A DNA stretch of 64,000 nt, from the NCBI GenBank assembly GCA_002633005.1, contig NMRA01000694.1, positions 62,001 through 126,000 on the forward strand, in the 5' to 3' direction. Under the pieces are notes generated by a model that saw only the letters and a list, made by a program, of their open reading frames with translations, was not told the DNA's origin and searched no databases. A program made the translations under genes and the position numbers. The stretch is from Phoronis australis (Eukaryota > Animalia > Phoronida). Of this stretch, positions 38,865 to 51,320 are shown one piece after another. Position 1 is the stretch's first letter. Every line of letters starts with the position of its first letter.

Positions 38865-40560
38865 AACCAGTCATTACAAATATCAATTCTTACTCGTTTA
38901 ATCTTAAAGGCATTTATTTCCGTTTAAAAGTGCTACAGAGTGTTTAAATTAACCTGATAATGTAAAAGAAATGAAAGAATACAAGAGGGTTACACGTACA
39001 TTTTTTATATATCCTCAAGCTTAACCTCAACTGACTCCCTCAGTGGGCAAAGGTCATCAGGTTCAGTTTTGATACTAGCCGCGTAATAAACCCGGAAAAC
39101 ATCTTGTTTTCATTTGAAAGAGTTTAGACTTGGTTTCTATAACTATTTAAAGCAGACTTCTTGCCTAAAAGTTTGTTCAAATGGTCTGTAAACTCTGCTC
39201 GTCATTTCCAAACTATGAAAATAGACTGTTTTGCAAGACAATTTTCACTAAAGTGCAAAGTTGAGGCAAGATTTTTTATTGCTCAGTCATCAAGACTAAC
39301 TCTTTAACTGTATGTTCAAAACGTCCCATAAGGCTACAAGGTGTTTTATCGCAGTAAGAAGGTCACAAAATTGGCCACTAAAATTAGCCCCAAAAAGTGG
39401 TCTGTGGATTATCTCCCCTGTCTAGCACAAAACTGTCAGATTTTAATAAATGACACAGAATTATGCACAGTATACGTTGGTTATTTCAGCCACCAAAATA
39501 TAGCTTTTGATCTATTTTGTATGTTACTCATTTTTGTTGGTGAAAACATGGGATTTTTGAGACGGCTAATATGCCCAATTGTGCCAATTTGTGTTATCAT
39601 GCTCCAGCGGCGAAATTAGGGGTCATTGAGTGCACAAAATTTGGCATTTGGGTTTTTGTTAGAATATCTACCCATGTACAAAAAATGAAGTTGTTTTAAA
39701 TTTTGACGTACAGACTGATTTTTGAAAATCTACTGGTTTTTATATGGACTGCCTCTTAATAGTCCAAGGCTCGATCTACATGTTGGGGACGAGGTGAACT
39801 ACCCGGGCTGTGTGAAATTTCTGGGTCTAACAGAGACACTGACGCAGTGGTTGGTCAGCCAGCTCGCTGTATCAATTAAGACTATAGTCAAAATCCAAAT
39901 TCGTTTTATCGTGTCCCTGTCAATAATAACGGCATGTTAAAGTTTCTTAATTTTTGTACTTCAGGAACATAACAATCACGTGTTTTGTACACATACGCGC
40001 ATGCCGCAGATCATATCTCGGAAATTTCCGATTTGACGGATGACAATGAATGAGCACAATGAAATTAAACAACGTCGTTTTACAGCTTGTAAGATTCATA
40101 ATAAACGTATTTTGAATATTGCAATGCATGTGTTCCAAAATCTAAATAACTTGGGTCCTATATTTTTGTATTCGTGCGCGCCGAATGAAAGTAATCGTTA
40201 GTGTTGCTGTGTTGCAAAATCTCTTATCCTGGGCCGATTTGAAAAATTCAAAGTTGTACTCATATTTGTTTTCGCTCCTCTTTTCAAATCTTACAGTAAA
40301 AACTATGTAAAACTCTCCATAAAAAGTACAGTCTGCTAGCTAGATTGTAATCAGTTGATCATATCCGCATGAGCAAAGCCAATTATCCTCACTCGTGACT
40401 CGATGAATAGAGCAGCTTGGCGGCATCCCTTTGATCGTGAGCCGAGCGCCACTCAGCCAAGGTGGATAAATACGGTCTAGTTCAATTTTCCAAACCCCAC
40501 CGTTTACCTTGACAAGTCGGGTTAGGACCAATCTTATTTAGTGGGAATGTTTATAGCATG

Positions 40561-40723
40561 ACCAGGACTCGAACCCAGGACCTTCTGCTAACCGTGCAGA
40601 CGCTCTAGCCACTGAGCCATCAGATTGGATTTCTGTGTTTGACCAGTGGTCCCGATGGCTCAGTGGTTAGAGTGTCTGCATGGTTAGCAGAAGGTCCTCC
40701 GGGTTGAGTCCCGGTGTTGGGCC
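40561..40723. ncRNA. Inverted pair of tRNA-derived sequences (pseudo-tRNA hairpin)
   Basis: 40648-40723 folds tRNA-like (A box TGGCTCAGTGG, stem TCTGC/GCAGA, B-box-like GGTTGAGTCC). 40561-40621 is its reverse complement and has the intact B box GGTTCGAGTCC. Confidence 0.7.
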
Positions 40724-41990
40724 GAAGTCTTTTCGGACTTGTATCCATTAGGTCACGTGATGAGACCAAAAAGATGGCCTGCTGACAGGACAAATTGTTT
40801 GCATACTGAGATGTTCTCCACCAAAAATTTTAATGAGAAATGAACGTCGTCTTCAGTCCCATTATTACACCATCTTTCCGCTGTTGCCTTTAAATTCCTG
40901 AATCTACCAACTTTTACTCACAGGATCATGATGCTAATTTTTATTGATGCCCAGGTGTATCTTTGCAAATGGAGTACATCTTTTGAGGAGTAAAAGTCCT
41001 GTTTATAAATTTGGCTTCAGCTGTTTTATTCAGCCGTAATCGTACATTATGCTTTATAAAATTTTGTGTCAGTCACGTTCTGTGTTAAGTCCACGAAATT
41101 GCAGCCTCCCAAAATTATAATTCAACGTAGGAAAAATGCTGAAACATTGCAATTTTGATGTGAGGGTTTTTCAAAATTAATAACAATTTGTGTATTTGCT
41201 TGATCCTCTATCGTTTTCACACTCAACCAAATGAAGGGGGCTATAAGTGACTAATTTGGTAACAGTTTGATGCGAGTTTGTTGCAGTTGTTTTGAGAAGA
41301 CTGAAATATTAATAATATGTTTGTAGCTTTTGCTCAAACTCACATGGCTATTAAATACCTTACTGTATTGGAAATGTTCTGCAGCCACACTTCATTTTTG
41401 ATCAAAAGTTGCCACCGAATATGGACCTTGATTGTGATTTGCCCAAATATAATGCATGGTAATCAGCTATTCTTTAAAGTGAAAACTAAGAAAGTATTGT
41501 ACACAAAGTATAGAATGCACTTACAAATTAGTTAAATTATAAATCTAGTTGATAGAAAGCCAGATAGCTATATGAAAACTATTGTCAAATTACAGCTGGT
41601 ACTACCGTGTGTTTAGCTGCATTAGACACTAAAATTTCAATCAACCCATCTAGCTCTGCTTGTCACCTTGTTGTGGAACCTATATCAACATGTATAGATA
41701 ACGAACAGCGTCGGTGCACGCAGAATCTGGAAGTCAAGCCACACTCAGCCCGTTACAGCCTTTAAGTGAAAAACAATCTAATCAAGGTTATTTTTGTGTA
41801 ATGCTCCACCTTTTGTCAGTAACAAGAAAAGTCTGCCGTTTTGAAAGCAGTATGCTGCTGAAATGCGTTCCGTTTCCTAAAATTTCGCGATAACTCTGCT
41901 TGTCCGTAGCAGCAGTGGGTGAGGTAAATTATTGACTCAAAAATAAGCCTGCAATGATTGCAGTGCACTCTCCAAGTTTTTTATGGCAGC

Positions 41991-42149
41991 CAGTGGCGGA
42001 TTTAGAGAGGGGGCCAAGGGGGCCATGGCCCCTCCTAAAATTCTCCCAGATTTCATTTGGCAGTGCAGGTGTGCGAATGTCTGACGGGCAAAATCCGGGC
42101 TAATATTCTGCCCTGCTCCCCCCAACTTAAAATCCTGGATCCGCCCCTG
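41991..42149. mobile_element. hAT-like MITE with 5-bp TSD
   Basis: Termini CAGTGGCGGATTTAG / CTGGATCCGCCCCTG; GCAGC flanks both sides. Confidence 0.8.
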
Positions 42150-43199
42150 GCAGCTAGCTAGCCTTGTATTAGATTCAAGAGCCTCCAATTTACCCAGCAG
42201 ACTGGTATTGATACACTGTATTACAATGTATATGTATTGCAACTTTCTGATACAATCAAATATGCTACTCACAAGTTTCCCATTAACCAGTTGATGTGCA
42301 TTAAAAATTCTTTATTGTTTTCAGGGCCCTGAGGTAAGGGGTGGGTCCCAATCTGTGCATATATGGTCTTGAGGTCACAATCATCGCTATGCTTCAGCTT
42401 GGCCAGTTAAAATGTACAAGAGACTTACCTTGTATGATGCAGTCTTGCTGGCCCACTCTTGAGTTACAGTTTTTCCTCAGCAGTCTTGTTTTGGGATACT
42501 GAGACTGAAGTATGGTATTTTTTGTCAACAATTTCTACCCTGGATTTGCCGACCACAGATTTCATTTAGCCACCTGGGAATTGGGTAAAACTAAATTTTG
42601 AGCGCCGAACTCTGTTCATATATCAGAGCTATATCTTTATTTTTCAGAACTGTGGTAATCTCATGGCTATTGTTAAATACATGGCTGTGTTGGACATGAT
42701 TGCTGCCACACTTTTGCTGTACTATGATGGTGGAATCTACTACTAATTACCATATTGACTCAGAAATGTACTTAAGGTTGTCTAGGACTCTAATAAACGA
42801 CCTCAATTATGAGTCAAATATCAAAAATATGCTTTATCAACCATTAACGCTTTATATTTTCTGAAAGGAGAAGATTGAGGATTCTAAAAATATACTTCTT
42901 ACTGCTGTGGATTATTGTTTCGTGACCGTGTTTTTAAGTAAAACTTTCATGTGCAAGAAAGGTAAATTCATAGCAAAATAACTCAACTTTTTGAAATGGA
43001 AACTTAAACCCTTCACATCATGGTATGATATTTTAAGTATTTCTTATTCAATTTGTGTACCTTCAATGAAGAAATAAACACAAACATTAAAGAACTAAAA
43101 ATGTGTGTGACTGCAACAGTCGGTGGTACTCCGGTCTTTGTCATAGTCTCATACTACACCAGCCGTGATCTGGATTGGTCTCAAAAAGAATTGAAATTG

Positions 43200-43409
43200 C
43201 TCGAAAAAGTGTGTGTGCGGAGGATTCAGTATCACCAATCAGACAGACATTATTTCAGTTTTTCTGTTCCCAAAGGACTCTATGCCTATAAATGGCATAG
43301 GTCCGTGCATTGGACACAGGTATGGCAGTTCAAGGTGGAGCAAGCAATCAGTTCAGGGACCAGGCTGTGTTCAGCCCATTTTGAGGAATTTTGCCTCGAC
43401 CCGTCGTAG
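43200..43409 (+). pseudogene. THAP domain remnant (copy 1)
   Basis: SKKCVCGGFS..SVFLFPKD/YAYKW...LCSAHFEE; second Cys replaced by Phe, with a frameshift. Confidence 0.72.
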
Positions 43410-45094
43410 AAACGGAGGTTTGACGAAGGTTTCTGCATATTGTAATTGCATTTGATCAGTGTTGATGGAGAAAAACAACGTATTCCATTGTACTAACCCA
43501 AGCTGGGAACATGGTCGTGAGGTACATATTGAGTATCAGCCTCCAAACTGTGACTGAGATAGTGAATGTTATTGTCGCAAGAAAGTTCTTGTCAGTCTAT
43601 TCTTGTTTGAGATTTTGTGGGAGTGCATATGCTATCCACATATACATCAATGCGCAATAGTAGTAATTGGAATATAAATGCCACGCAAATGGTTTGAAGT
43701 GATGACCCCAGCCGGCACAGAGGCTGCAGTCAGGCAGTGGATTGAAATATTTGATGAACCACAACGGCCAAAGGTTTCGTGACTTTGGATCGGACAAGTC
43801 AAAAACGAGTATCATTTATCAGAAATAAGATCCAGTTAATGTCACAATAATTAGATATAATCGTTCCTGACAAACGCACTTATCATTTCAGGCCCGTAGC
43901 CAGCGGATTATACGAGGGGGGGGGGTTCGANCAGGTGTGCGAATGTCTGACGGGCAAAATCCGGGCTAATATTCTGCCCTGCTCCCCCCAACTCAAAATC
44001 CTGGATCCGCCCCTGGCAGCTAGCTAGCCTTATATTAGATTCAAGAGCCTCCAATTTACCCAGCAGACTGGTATTGATACACTGTATTACAATGTATATG
44101 TTTTGCAACTTTCTGATACAATCAAATATGCTACTCACAAGTTTCCCATTAACCAGTTGATGTGCATTAAAAATTCTTTATTGTTTTCAAGGCCATGAGG
44201 TAAGGGGTGGGTCCCAATCTGTGCATATATGGTCTTGAGGTCACAATCATCACTATGCTTCAGCTTGGCCAGTTAAAATGTACAAGAGACTTACCTTGTA
44301 TGATGCAGTCTTGCTGGCCCACTCTTGAGTTACAGTTTTTGTATACTGAGGCTGAAGTATGGTATTTTTTGTCACCGATTTCTACGCCAGATTTGCCGAC
44401 CACAGATTTCATTTAGCCACCTGGGAATTGTGTAAAACTTAATATTGAGCGCCAAACTCTGTTCATATGTAAGAGCTATATCTTTATTTTTCAGAACTGT
44501 GGTAATCACATGGCTATTTTTAAACACATGGCTGTGTTGGACATGATTGCTGCCACACTTTTGCTGTAATATGATGGTGGAATCTACTACTAATTACCAT
44601 ATTGACTCAGAAACGTACTTAAGGTTGTCTAGGACTCTAATAAACGACCTCAATTATGAGTCAAATATCAAAAAATATGCTTTATCAACCATTAAAGGTA
44701 TATATTTTCTGAAAGGAGAAATACTGAGGATTCTAAAAATGTACTTCTTACTACTGTGGATTATTGTTACGTGACCATGTTTTTAAGTAAAACTTTCATG
44801 TGCAAGAACGGTGAATTCATAGCAAAATAACTCAACTTTTTGAAATGGAAACTTTTAAAAACCCTTCACATCATGGTCATAGCTGCTCGAATTCGGTTAC
44901 CAACAATTTTGGTATGATATTTGAAGTATTTCTTATTCAATATGACTTTGTGTACCTTCAATGAAGAAATAAACACAAACATTAAAAAACTAAAAATGTG
45001 TGTGACAGCAACAGTCGGTGGTACTCCGGTCTCTGTCATTGTCTCATACTACTCCAGCCGTGATCTGGATTGGTCTCGAAAAGAATTGAAATTG

Positions 45095-45344
45095 CTCGAA
45101 AAGTTGTGTGTGCGGAGGATTCAGTATCCACAATCACACAGACGTTATTTCAGTTTTTCTGTTCCCAAAGGACCCTATGTATGCCTATAAATGGCATAGG
45201 TTCGTGCATTGGACACAGGTATGGCAGTTCAAGGTGGAGCAAGCAATCAGTTCAGGGACCACGCTGTGTTCAGCCCATTTTGAAGAATTTTGCCTCGACC
45301 CGTCGTGGAAACGGAGATTTGACGAAGGTTTCTGTATCCTATAA
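45095..45344 (+). pseudogene. THAP domain remnant (copy 2)
   Basis: CVCGGFS..SVFLFPKDPMYAYKWHRFV...TTLCSAHFEEFC. Confidence 0.75.
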
Positions 45345-45786
45345 TTGAATTTGATCAGTGTTGTGGAGAAAAACTACATATTCCATTGTACTAACCCTAG
45401 CTGGGAACATGGTCGTGAGGTACATATTGAGTATCAGCCTCCAAACTGTGACTGAGATAGTGAATGTTATTGTTGCAAGAAAGTTCTTGTCAGTCTATTC
45501 TTGTTTGAGATTTTGTGGGAATGCATATGCTATCCACATATACGTCAATGCCCAATAGCAGTAAATGGAATATACATGCCACGCAAATGGTTTGAAGTCA
45601 TGACCCCAGCTGGCACAGAGGCTGCGGTCAGGCAGTGGATTGAAATATTTGATGATCCACAACGGCCAAAGCTTTCGTGATTTTGGATCGGACAAGGCAA
45701 AAACGAGTATCATTTATCAGAAATAAGATCCAGTTAACGTCACAATAATTTGATATAATCGTTCCTGACAAACGCACTCATCATTC

Positions 45787-47914
45787 CAGGCCAGTAGCCA
45801 GGATTATACGAGGGGGGGGGTTCGAATTTCTAAAAGGTTGAACCTTTTGATGGCATTTCGCTAGCGTCGACCCACTCTACTTTTATGGTTAGCGCCCTTC
45901 AGAAGCTGACAATGAGCGACGCAATAAGTTTTCAAAGCTTTATTGTCAAGAACATTAATAGTTGAACAAAAACTTGATACACTTAATTCAATGTACATGT
46001 AAGTTCCACTTTAAGTACGCTCATCGAAGCGAGAAGATACACATCAGGTTAGTACGCTACCAAATTTCATCTTCCTGGGATTTATTTGCTCAAAACGCTA
46101 GACAACTCTGTCAATTTCTATCTCTTTGTTGTAATGAACATGCATCAGCGCCAGAGATGACATTCTATCACCACTCATACTTGCTCGCATGAACGTGTTG
46201 AGTCTGCGTAATGTGCTAGCGGATCTCTCGCATTCACACGACATCACCGGTAGTGTAGCCAAAATTTTTAGCAGTACATAGACGTTCGGATACAAAATTT
46301 GATCACAGTCTTTAATAGTCTGGGCACATGTCGAGGGCGCATTCTGCTGGGATTTCCACTTGTCCCCGAGATGAGACGGAATCAATCCTAGAAGTGAGGA
46401 TGCCGTAACGGTTGTTCGAGAAAAACGGGCCCTAAATTTGGATGCAATGTGATCCAGAAACAGTATCACCACTGTTCTCAAATAGTACTGCTTGACACTG
46501 GAATTTGGTGGATTTGCTCGATGTGTTTGGCGAAGAGCTTGTCGCGGCATGCTGGGTTTCACACCAACATCTCGAGCCATGGCAACGGCTTGGTGGTAAA
46601 TGTCATCGAAGACTTCATCCACAGTCTCGCGATGTTCCTGGTTCAGGTTTTGAATCTCATTCACCATTCCGTAAGCTTGCACAATATCAACTGTTGTGCT
46701 CTGCAATTTGATTGCAATGCCTTCTAGATGAGAAAGTAAGTTATATACTATGCAGAATGTCACTATAAAATCAAAGGAAGTGATACCAGCTAGCAACCCA
46801 GTCTTGCTTTGGATTTGTACTTCCCTGTCCAGCCTGAGGTCACGTCGGTGCTGTACTCGTGCTTGTCTTGGTCATATGCTATAACGCCTAGTGAAATTAC
46901 AATACACCGGTACGACTGAAAAAACCTTGAGTAAGCAACGTGACGTGCTGCCCAGCGGGTGCGGCAAACATCAATGAGGGGCTTTTTTAGCGATTCGGGG
47001 TCTTTCTTTTTATGTACTTCATTCAGGAGGTGTTCTCTCTTTGGACTGCTCATAAAAAAGTAAACAACGCATTTTACTTTATCTAAAGTATTTCTGATTT
47101 CCTGTATCGAACATGAACAGGCTATTACTAAGTTTAGACAATGACCACAGCAATGTGTGTATAAGGCTAAAGGAGAGTGTTCACGCAGGATTGCCTGGAC
47201 GCCAACGTTGTCACTACTCGTATTTGCTGCGCCATCATATCCCTGTCTTCTGCAGTTGGCAGTGTCGATCCCGAGCCTATCTAAGGTGCCCATTATGCAT
47301 TCCGCTACGTGTTTGCCAGTTATCCGCGCAAGACTACAGATTTCCAACAACTTTCTCTCGAAAGTTGTCATCGACGTCTACAAATCGTATACACAAGGGC
47401 ATGAGTTCTTCATTGTTGGATGAAACCTCATCAGCCATAACGGAATAAAATTTGGCATCTTTTATTTCCTTTACAATATCGGCTTCTATGATGTGTTTTC
47501 CAATGATCTCGATAATTTCATTCTGTATTTGAGGCGAAGTGTACATGGCGTTCTTTATTTTTGGGTGCTGTAATCTTTAGAGTTTTATCATAGGTACTCA
47601 ACAGTTTCAAAAGAGCAAGAAAAGTTTGTGGGTTACTGTTATCTTCTGTCAAACTTTCAGAATCTCCTCTCAGTGCAATACACTGGCGACTGCAATAAAG
47701 AATCGCTTTAGCTATTGCCTGGAGATTATGCCTGTTTTCCTTTATTTGTTCTTTGACCTAACTGTGTAATTCAGCATCAACACCTTTCTGCGGATTTTCC
47801 ATCATGCTAACAAATGTATTAGCATCATGTAATGCCTCCATGTGATATCTTTTTTGAAATGCTCAGACAGTACTTTCGTTTTATGATGCCATTGCATGAA
47901 TGGCGTGTTCACTA
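45787..47914 (-). mobile_element. hAT transposon (ZMYM1/THAP12-like clade), 5'-truncated
   Basis: Terminus CAGGCC(A/C)GTAGCCAG at 45787 plus transposase remnants; the other end is replaced by hAT5-like sequence. Confidence 0.85.
46098..47910 (-). pseudogene. hAT transposase (DUF4371 plus C-terminal dimerisation domain), frameshifted
   Basis: IALRG, YTSPQIQNEII, FYSVMADE, QGYDGAA, YTHCCGHCLNL, CRTRW, TLPVMSCECERSASTLRRL..RASM..DRMSSLALMHVH; split over at least 4 frame segments. Confidence 0.92.
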
Positions 47915-49577
47915 GGGGGGGTGTATAAAGAGAAGAATGAAAGTTCGCTAACTTGAACCACAAATTTCACATCTAGTGCCAGTTTAGTTGCAATAGCTGG
48001 CTACGGGCATAGAATACATGGTTTACAGAACATCGACCTCGAGAAATATCGGAACAGGAAAACGTCAATTCTGGGTTATATCAGTCCCGGGACGTCGGGT
48101 CTTTTATAACCGCTGGGAATCTGAGTTCATTTTCAAATAAACCAGAGCCAAGCTGGTATACTCTTTCATTTAGGACTGTCGCTGCTCTTTGAAGTGGTGC
48201 GCACGCGTGAGTTCTCGCACTTGAATTGCTGGAGTAGGCCTACACTTTACGTTGGCAGCAACGTGTGAAAGACAAATCATATTTCGCGCACGTAGCCCCA
48301 GAAGCAAGTAAAGGGTTTGAGAATTTCTTGGCAACTGAAAGTAAAGACGTGACCGTCGTTTGGCGATTAATAAGGTTGTCATTTTCACTTTAGCTGTCTT
48401 AATACGATAAAAAGGAGAGGCACATCTCAGTCTAAGTCACGATTGTCTGCCGGGACTGGTTGCGCGCTAACAGTACCGCAGCGCGATATCAGGGATATTG
48501 TCGTGGATATTTGGTACATGTAATAAGGACAATTCTTATGTGAAAAATAAACATTTTTGTCCACCACAAAGTTTGGTATGTTGATCGCTTAAGAATTAGT
48601 AGAAACACAGTTGTTTTGTGAAGTTTTATCACGTGTTAAGCAGTGGCCCGATACTTTATTCGGCGAATCCAGGAATTTACAAAAGTGGCCGAAAGTGTTA
48701 GCCAATGAAACGCGTCAAAGATCGATTCTGCATATCCCATGTTCACGCTCGCTGGTTCCCTGCGTGCCGCTAGGTGGGGCGGTAGCTGCGCCAGCATGCA
48801 GGTATCACTTAATTTTCCTCAGTAATTTTTTTTACACCGGCGTTTCTGATTGGCTAGTCGAATTCTCAACAGGCAGCGCTTTACGCAAACAAACTGGCAT
48901 GACTGATGGACTGAAGTGAGTGGTCTGCTTAAAATTTATGTTCAGGAAATGTGAAGTCTAGAAATTGTGATTGCGCTTTTTCGGAATGCATCTTTCTACT
49001 GTCGATGACTTTTGTTTACTATCCTGTATTCATACAGTATGAATAACAAACCGGTTAAATCGGCCAGATATGTGTTTATTATACATGTATGTGCTTCAAG
49101 CACGCTGCTATTAAACATCACTGCAGATTTGAAATAGTTACTGCGACGCCACTTGCATGACAAGGCTAAAAATCATTCACAGTGCGCCAATGATTTTTTC
49201 ACTGTGTTGTAAAGCTAACCAATGACTGCCAAGGTTACATCGACCAATGCTAATGCGCGTACCACTGCATGATGCCTGCGTGCTGGCTGGGCTAAGCACG
49301 CAGGGAACCAGCGAGGTGTTCACGTGACTTGCTTGCAAGTCATCAGGAGGGCGGTTCTCGGTTAGTGTTCTTTTGAACTTGGATTTGGCAACAACCAATT
49401 AGCGGTCGGATTAACGAGAGCTGCTTTGTATTTGCCAGGTAGCTGTTGAGAAGTGTAAAAACTCAGCTCGCATTCGTTGGAAATTCCAGGTCGCATTTTG
49501 CGACTTGATACGAGCTGACAAAAATCTCAGCTCGCATTTCCAAATTTCAGGTCGCAAATGCGTTATGTCGAGCCCTG
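47915..49577. mobile_element. Second, left-truncated copy of the hAT5-like element
   Basis: Colinear with 22097-23194; ends in GTCGAGCCCTG. Confidence 0.88.
48748..49315. mobile_element. MITE with 20-bp TIR and 8-9-bp TSD
   Basis: TIR CTCGCTGGTTCCCTGCGTGC / GCACGCAGGGAACCAGCGAG; flanks ATGTTCACG / GTGTTCACG; empty site at 22901. Confidence 0.88.
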
Positions 49578-50096
49578 CTTGTTACTCAACACTAAAGTGG
49601 TTAGAAATTAAACCTGATTCAGTAAAAGGCTATAATTACCACTCACAAATGTCAGCTCTGAAATCAGGACTGTCCGAGGCTCTTCCTCGGCTTCACTCGT
49701 TGAAGATGCTGGTGCGAGAGGTTTGAGTTCGTACAGCCTCAAACATGCAGTCTTGTTTCACCTATGTCGATTTTACTTCCATCTGCATGTCTGTCTTCAT
49801 AATACTTGTCAAACTCACTATCCAAGTCTTCGTAACATAAAAAATCATTCTCTGCCATTGTATACAGGCTGTCAACTGTGATCACCGTCTTCCACTGATT
49901 GACATCACGTGTAGGATAACCAAAAAATCATTTTTTAATTTAAAATTCTTCAATTATTCCCCAAAATAAGTTTTTCTTTAGTTAGATTTTATGTTATAAA
50001 ATTATTATACATGGTCTAAAACCTCAAAAATGCAATGCTATGTCTCAAAAACCCTGTTGAGGTTTTATGCCAAATTCACTCGTAAAATACAAGGCA

Positions 50097-50578
50097 TTTT
50101 TATGCGCCCACATATTTATATGTGGACGCATTATGCCGTCGTCTCCGTCCGTCCGTACGGGCGGCGTCCATCTGGCGTCCGGCGTCCGCTGCTCTATCTC
50201 CAAAACCCGTTGACATGTGTTCATGAAATTTGGCACATATGTTCCATTCATGCATGGGACGGCATGTGCGAACTTTCGGACGTATCCGACTACCGGTGTG
50301 CCCCCTAGTGGCAATTTTAGTTTTTTACGCTTACCTTTGTATCTTCAAAAGTCCTGAACGGATTTTCATGAAATTTGGTATGTAGGCACTTATTAGTGAG
50401 ATGACGCTATCCTCCCGTTTTCAGATGGATTCGACATAGTTTGCGCCACCTAGTGGCCATTTTTAGTGTTTTCGAGTGTGTTTTTGTGCGTCAACCCCTC
50501 TATCAACCAAACCGCTCAAAGGATGATTGTGAAAATTGGCATGTATATGCTTACTATGTAGAGGACGGTTGACGATGA
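50097..50578 (+). mobile_element. HINE/Helentron-like element head (runs into a gap)
   Basis: T-run start, hairpin ATGCGCCCACATA..TATGTGGACGCAT, (GTCC)n, then CCTAGTGGC core repeats. Confidence 0.75.
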
Positions 50579-51320
50579 NNNNNNNNNNNNNNNNNNNNNN
50601 NNNNNNNNNNNNNNNNNNNNNNNNNNNNNNNNNNNNNNNNNNNNNNNNNNNNNNNNNNNNNNNNNNNNNNNNNNNNNNNNNNNNNNNNNNNNNNNNNNNN
50701 NNNNNNNNNNNNNNNNNNNNNNNNNNNNNNNNNNNNNNNNNNNNNNNNNNNNNNNNNNNNNNNNNNNNNNNNNNNNNNNNNNNNNNNNNNNNNNNNNNNN
50801 NNNNNNNNNNNNNNNNNNNNNNNNNNNNNNNNNNNNNNNNNNNNNNNNNNNNNNNNNNNNNNNNNNNNNNNNNNNNNNNNNNNNNNNNNNNNNNNNNNNN
50901 NNNNNNNNNNNNNNNNNNNNNNNNNNNNNNNNNNNNNNNNNNNNNNNNNNNNNNNNNNNNNNNNNNNNNNNNNNNNNNNNNNNNNNNNNNNNNNNNNNNN
51001 NNNNNNNNNNNNNNNNNNNNNNNNNNNNNNNNNNNNNNNNNNNNNNNNNNNNNNNNNNNNNNNNNNNNNNNNNNNNNNNNNNNNNNNNNNNNNNNNNNNN
51101 NNNNNNNNNNNNNNNNNNNNNNNNNNNNNNNNNNNNNNNNNNNNNNNNNNNNNNNNNNNNNNNNNNNNNNNNNNNNNNNNNNNNNNNNNNNNNNNNNNNN
51201 NNNNNNNNNNNNNNNNNNNNNNNNNNNNNNNNNNNNNNNNNNNNNNNNNNNNNNNNNNNNNNNNNNNNNNNNNNNNNNNNNNNNNNNNNNNNNNNNNNNN
51301 NNNNNNNNNNNNNNNNNNNN
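50579..51320. other. Assembly gap
   Basis: Run of N. Confidence 1.

Larger units (their letters stand above)
36958..39755 (-). mobile_element. Sola3 DNA transposon remnant
   Basis: TTAA on both sides (36954-36957 and 39756-39759); right terminus ...TATATGGACTGCCTC (GAG...CTC type); degenerate left TIR; empty site at ~61515; transposase fragment inside. Confidence 0.75.
36276..40560 (-). repeat. Inverted paralog of 60735-62188, interrupted by the Sola3 element
   Basis: 36276-36957 and 39756-40560 are reverse complements of ~61512-62188 and 60735-61517. Confidence 0.88.
42066..45825. repeat. ~1.9-kb tandem duplication joined at a single N (probable uncollapsed haplotypes)
   Basis: 42066-43930 is nearly identical to 43932-45825; the junction at N43931 cuts through a MITE and a hAT terminus. 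Confidence 0.85.

Noticed and set aside
40648-40723. Functional tRNA-Thr(GGT) gene
   Set aside because: Non-canonical anticodon loop, damaged T-loop and inverted-duplicate context indicate a tRNA-derived repeat.
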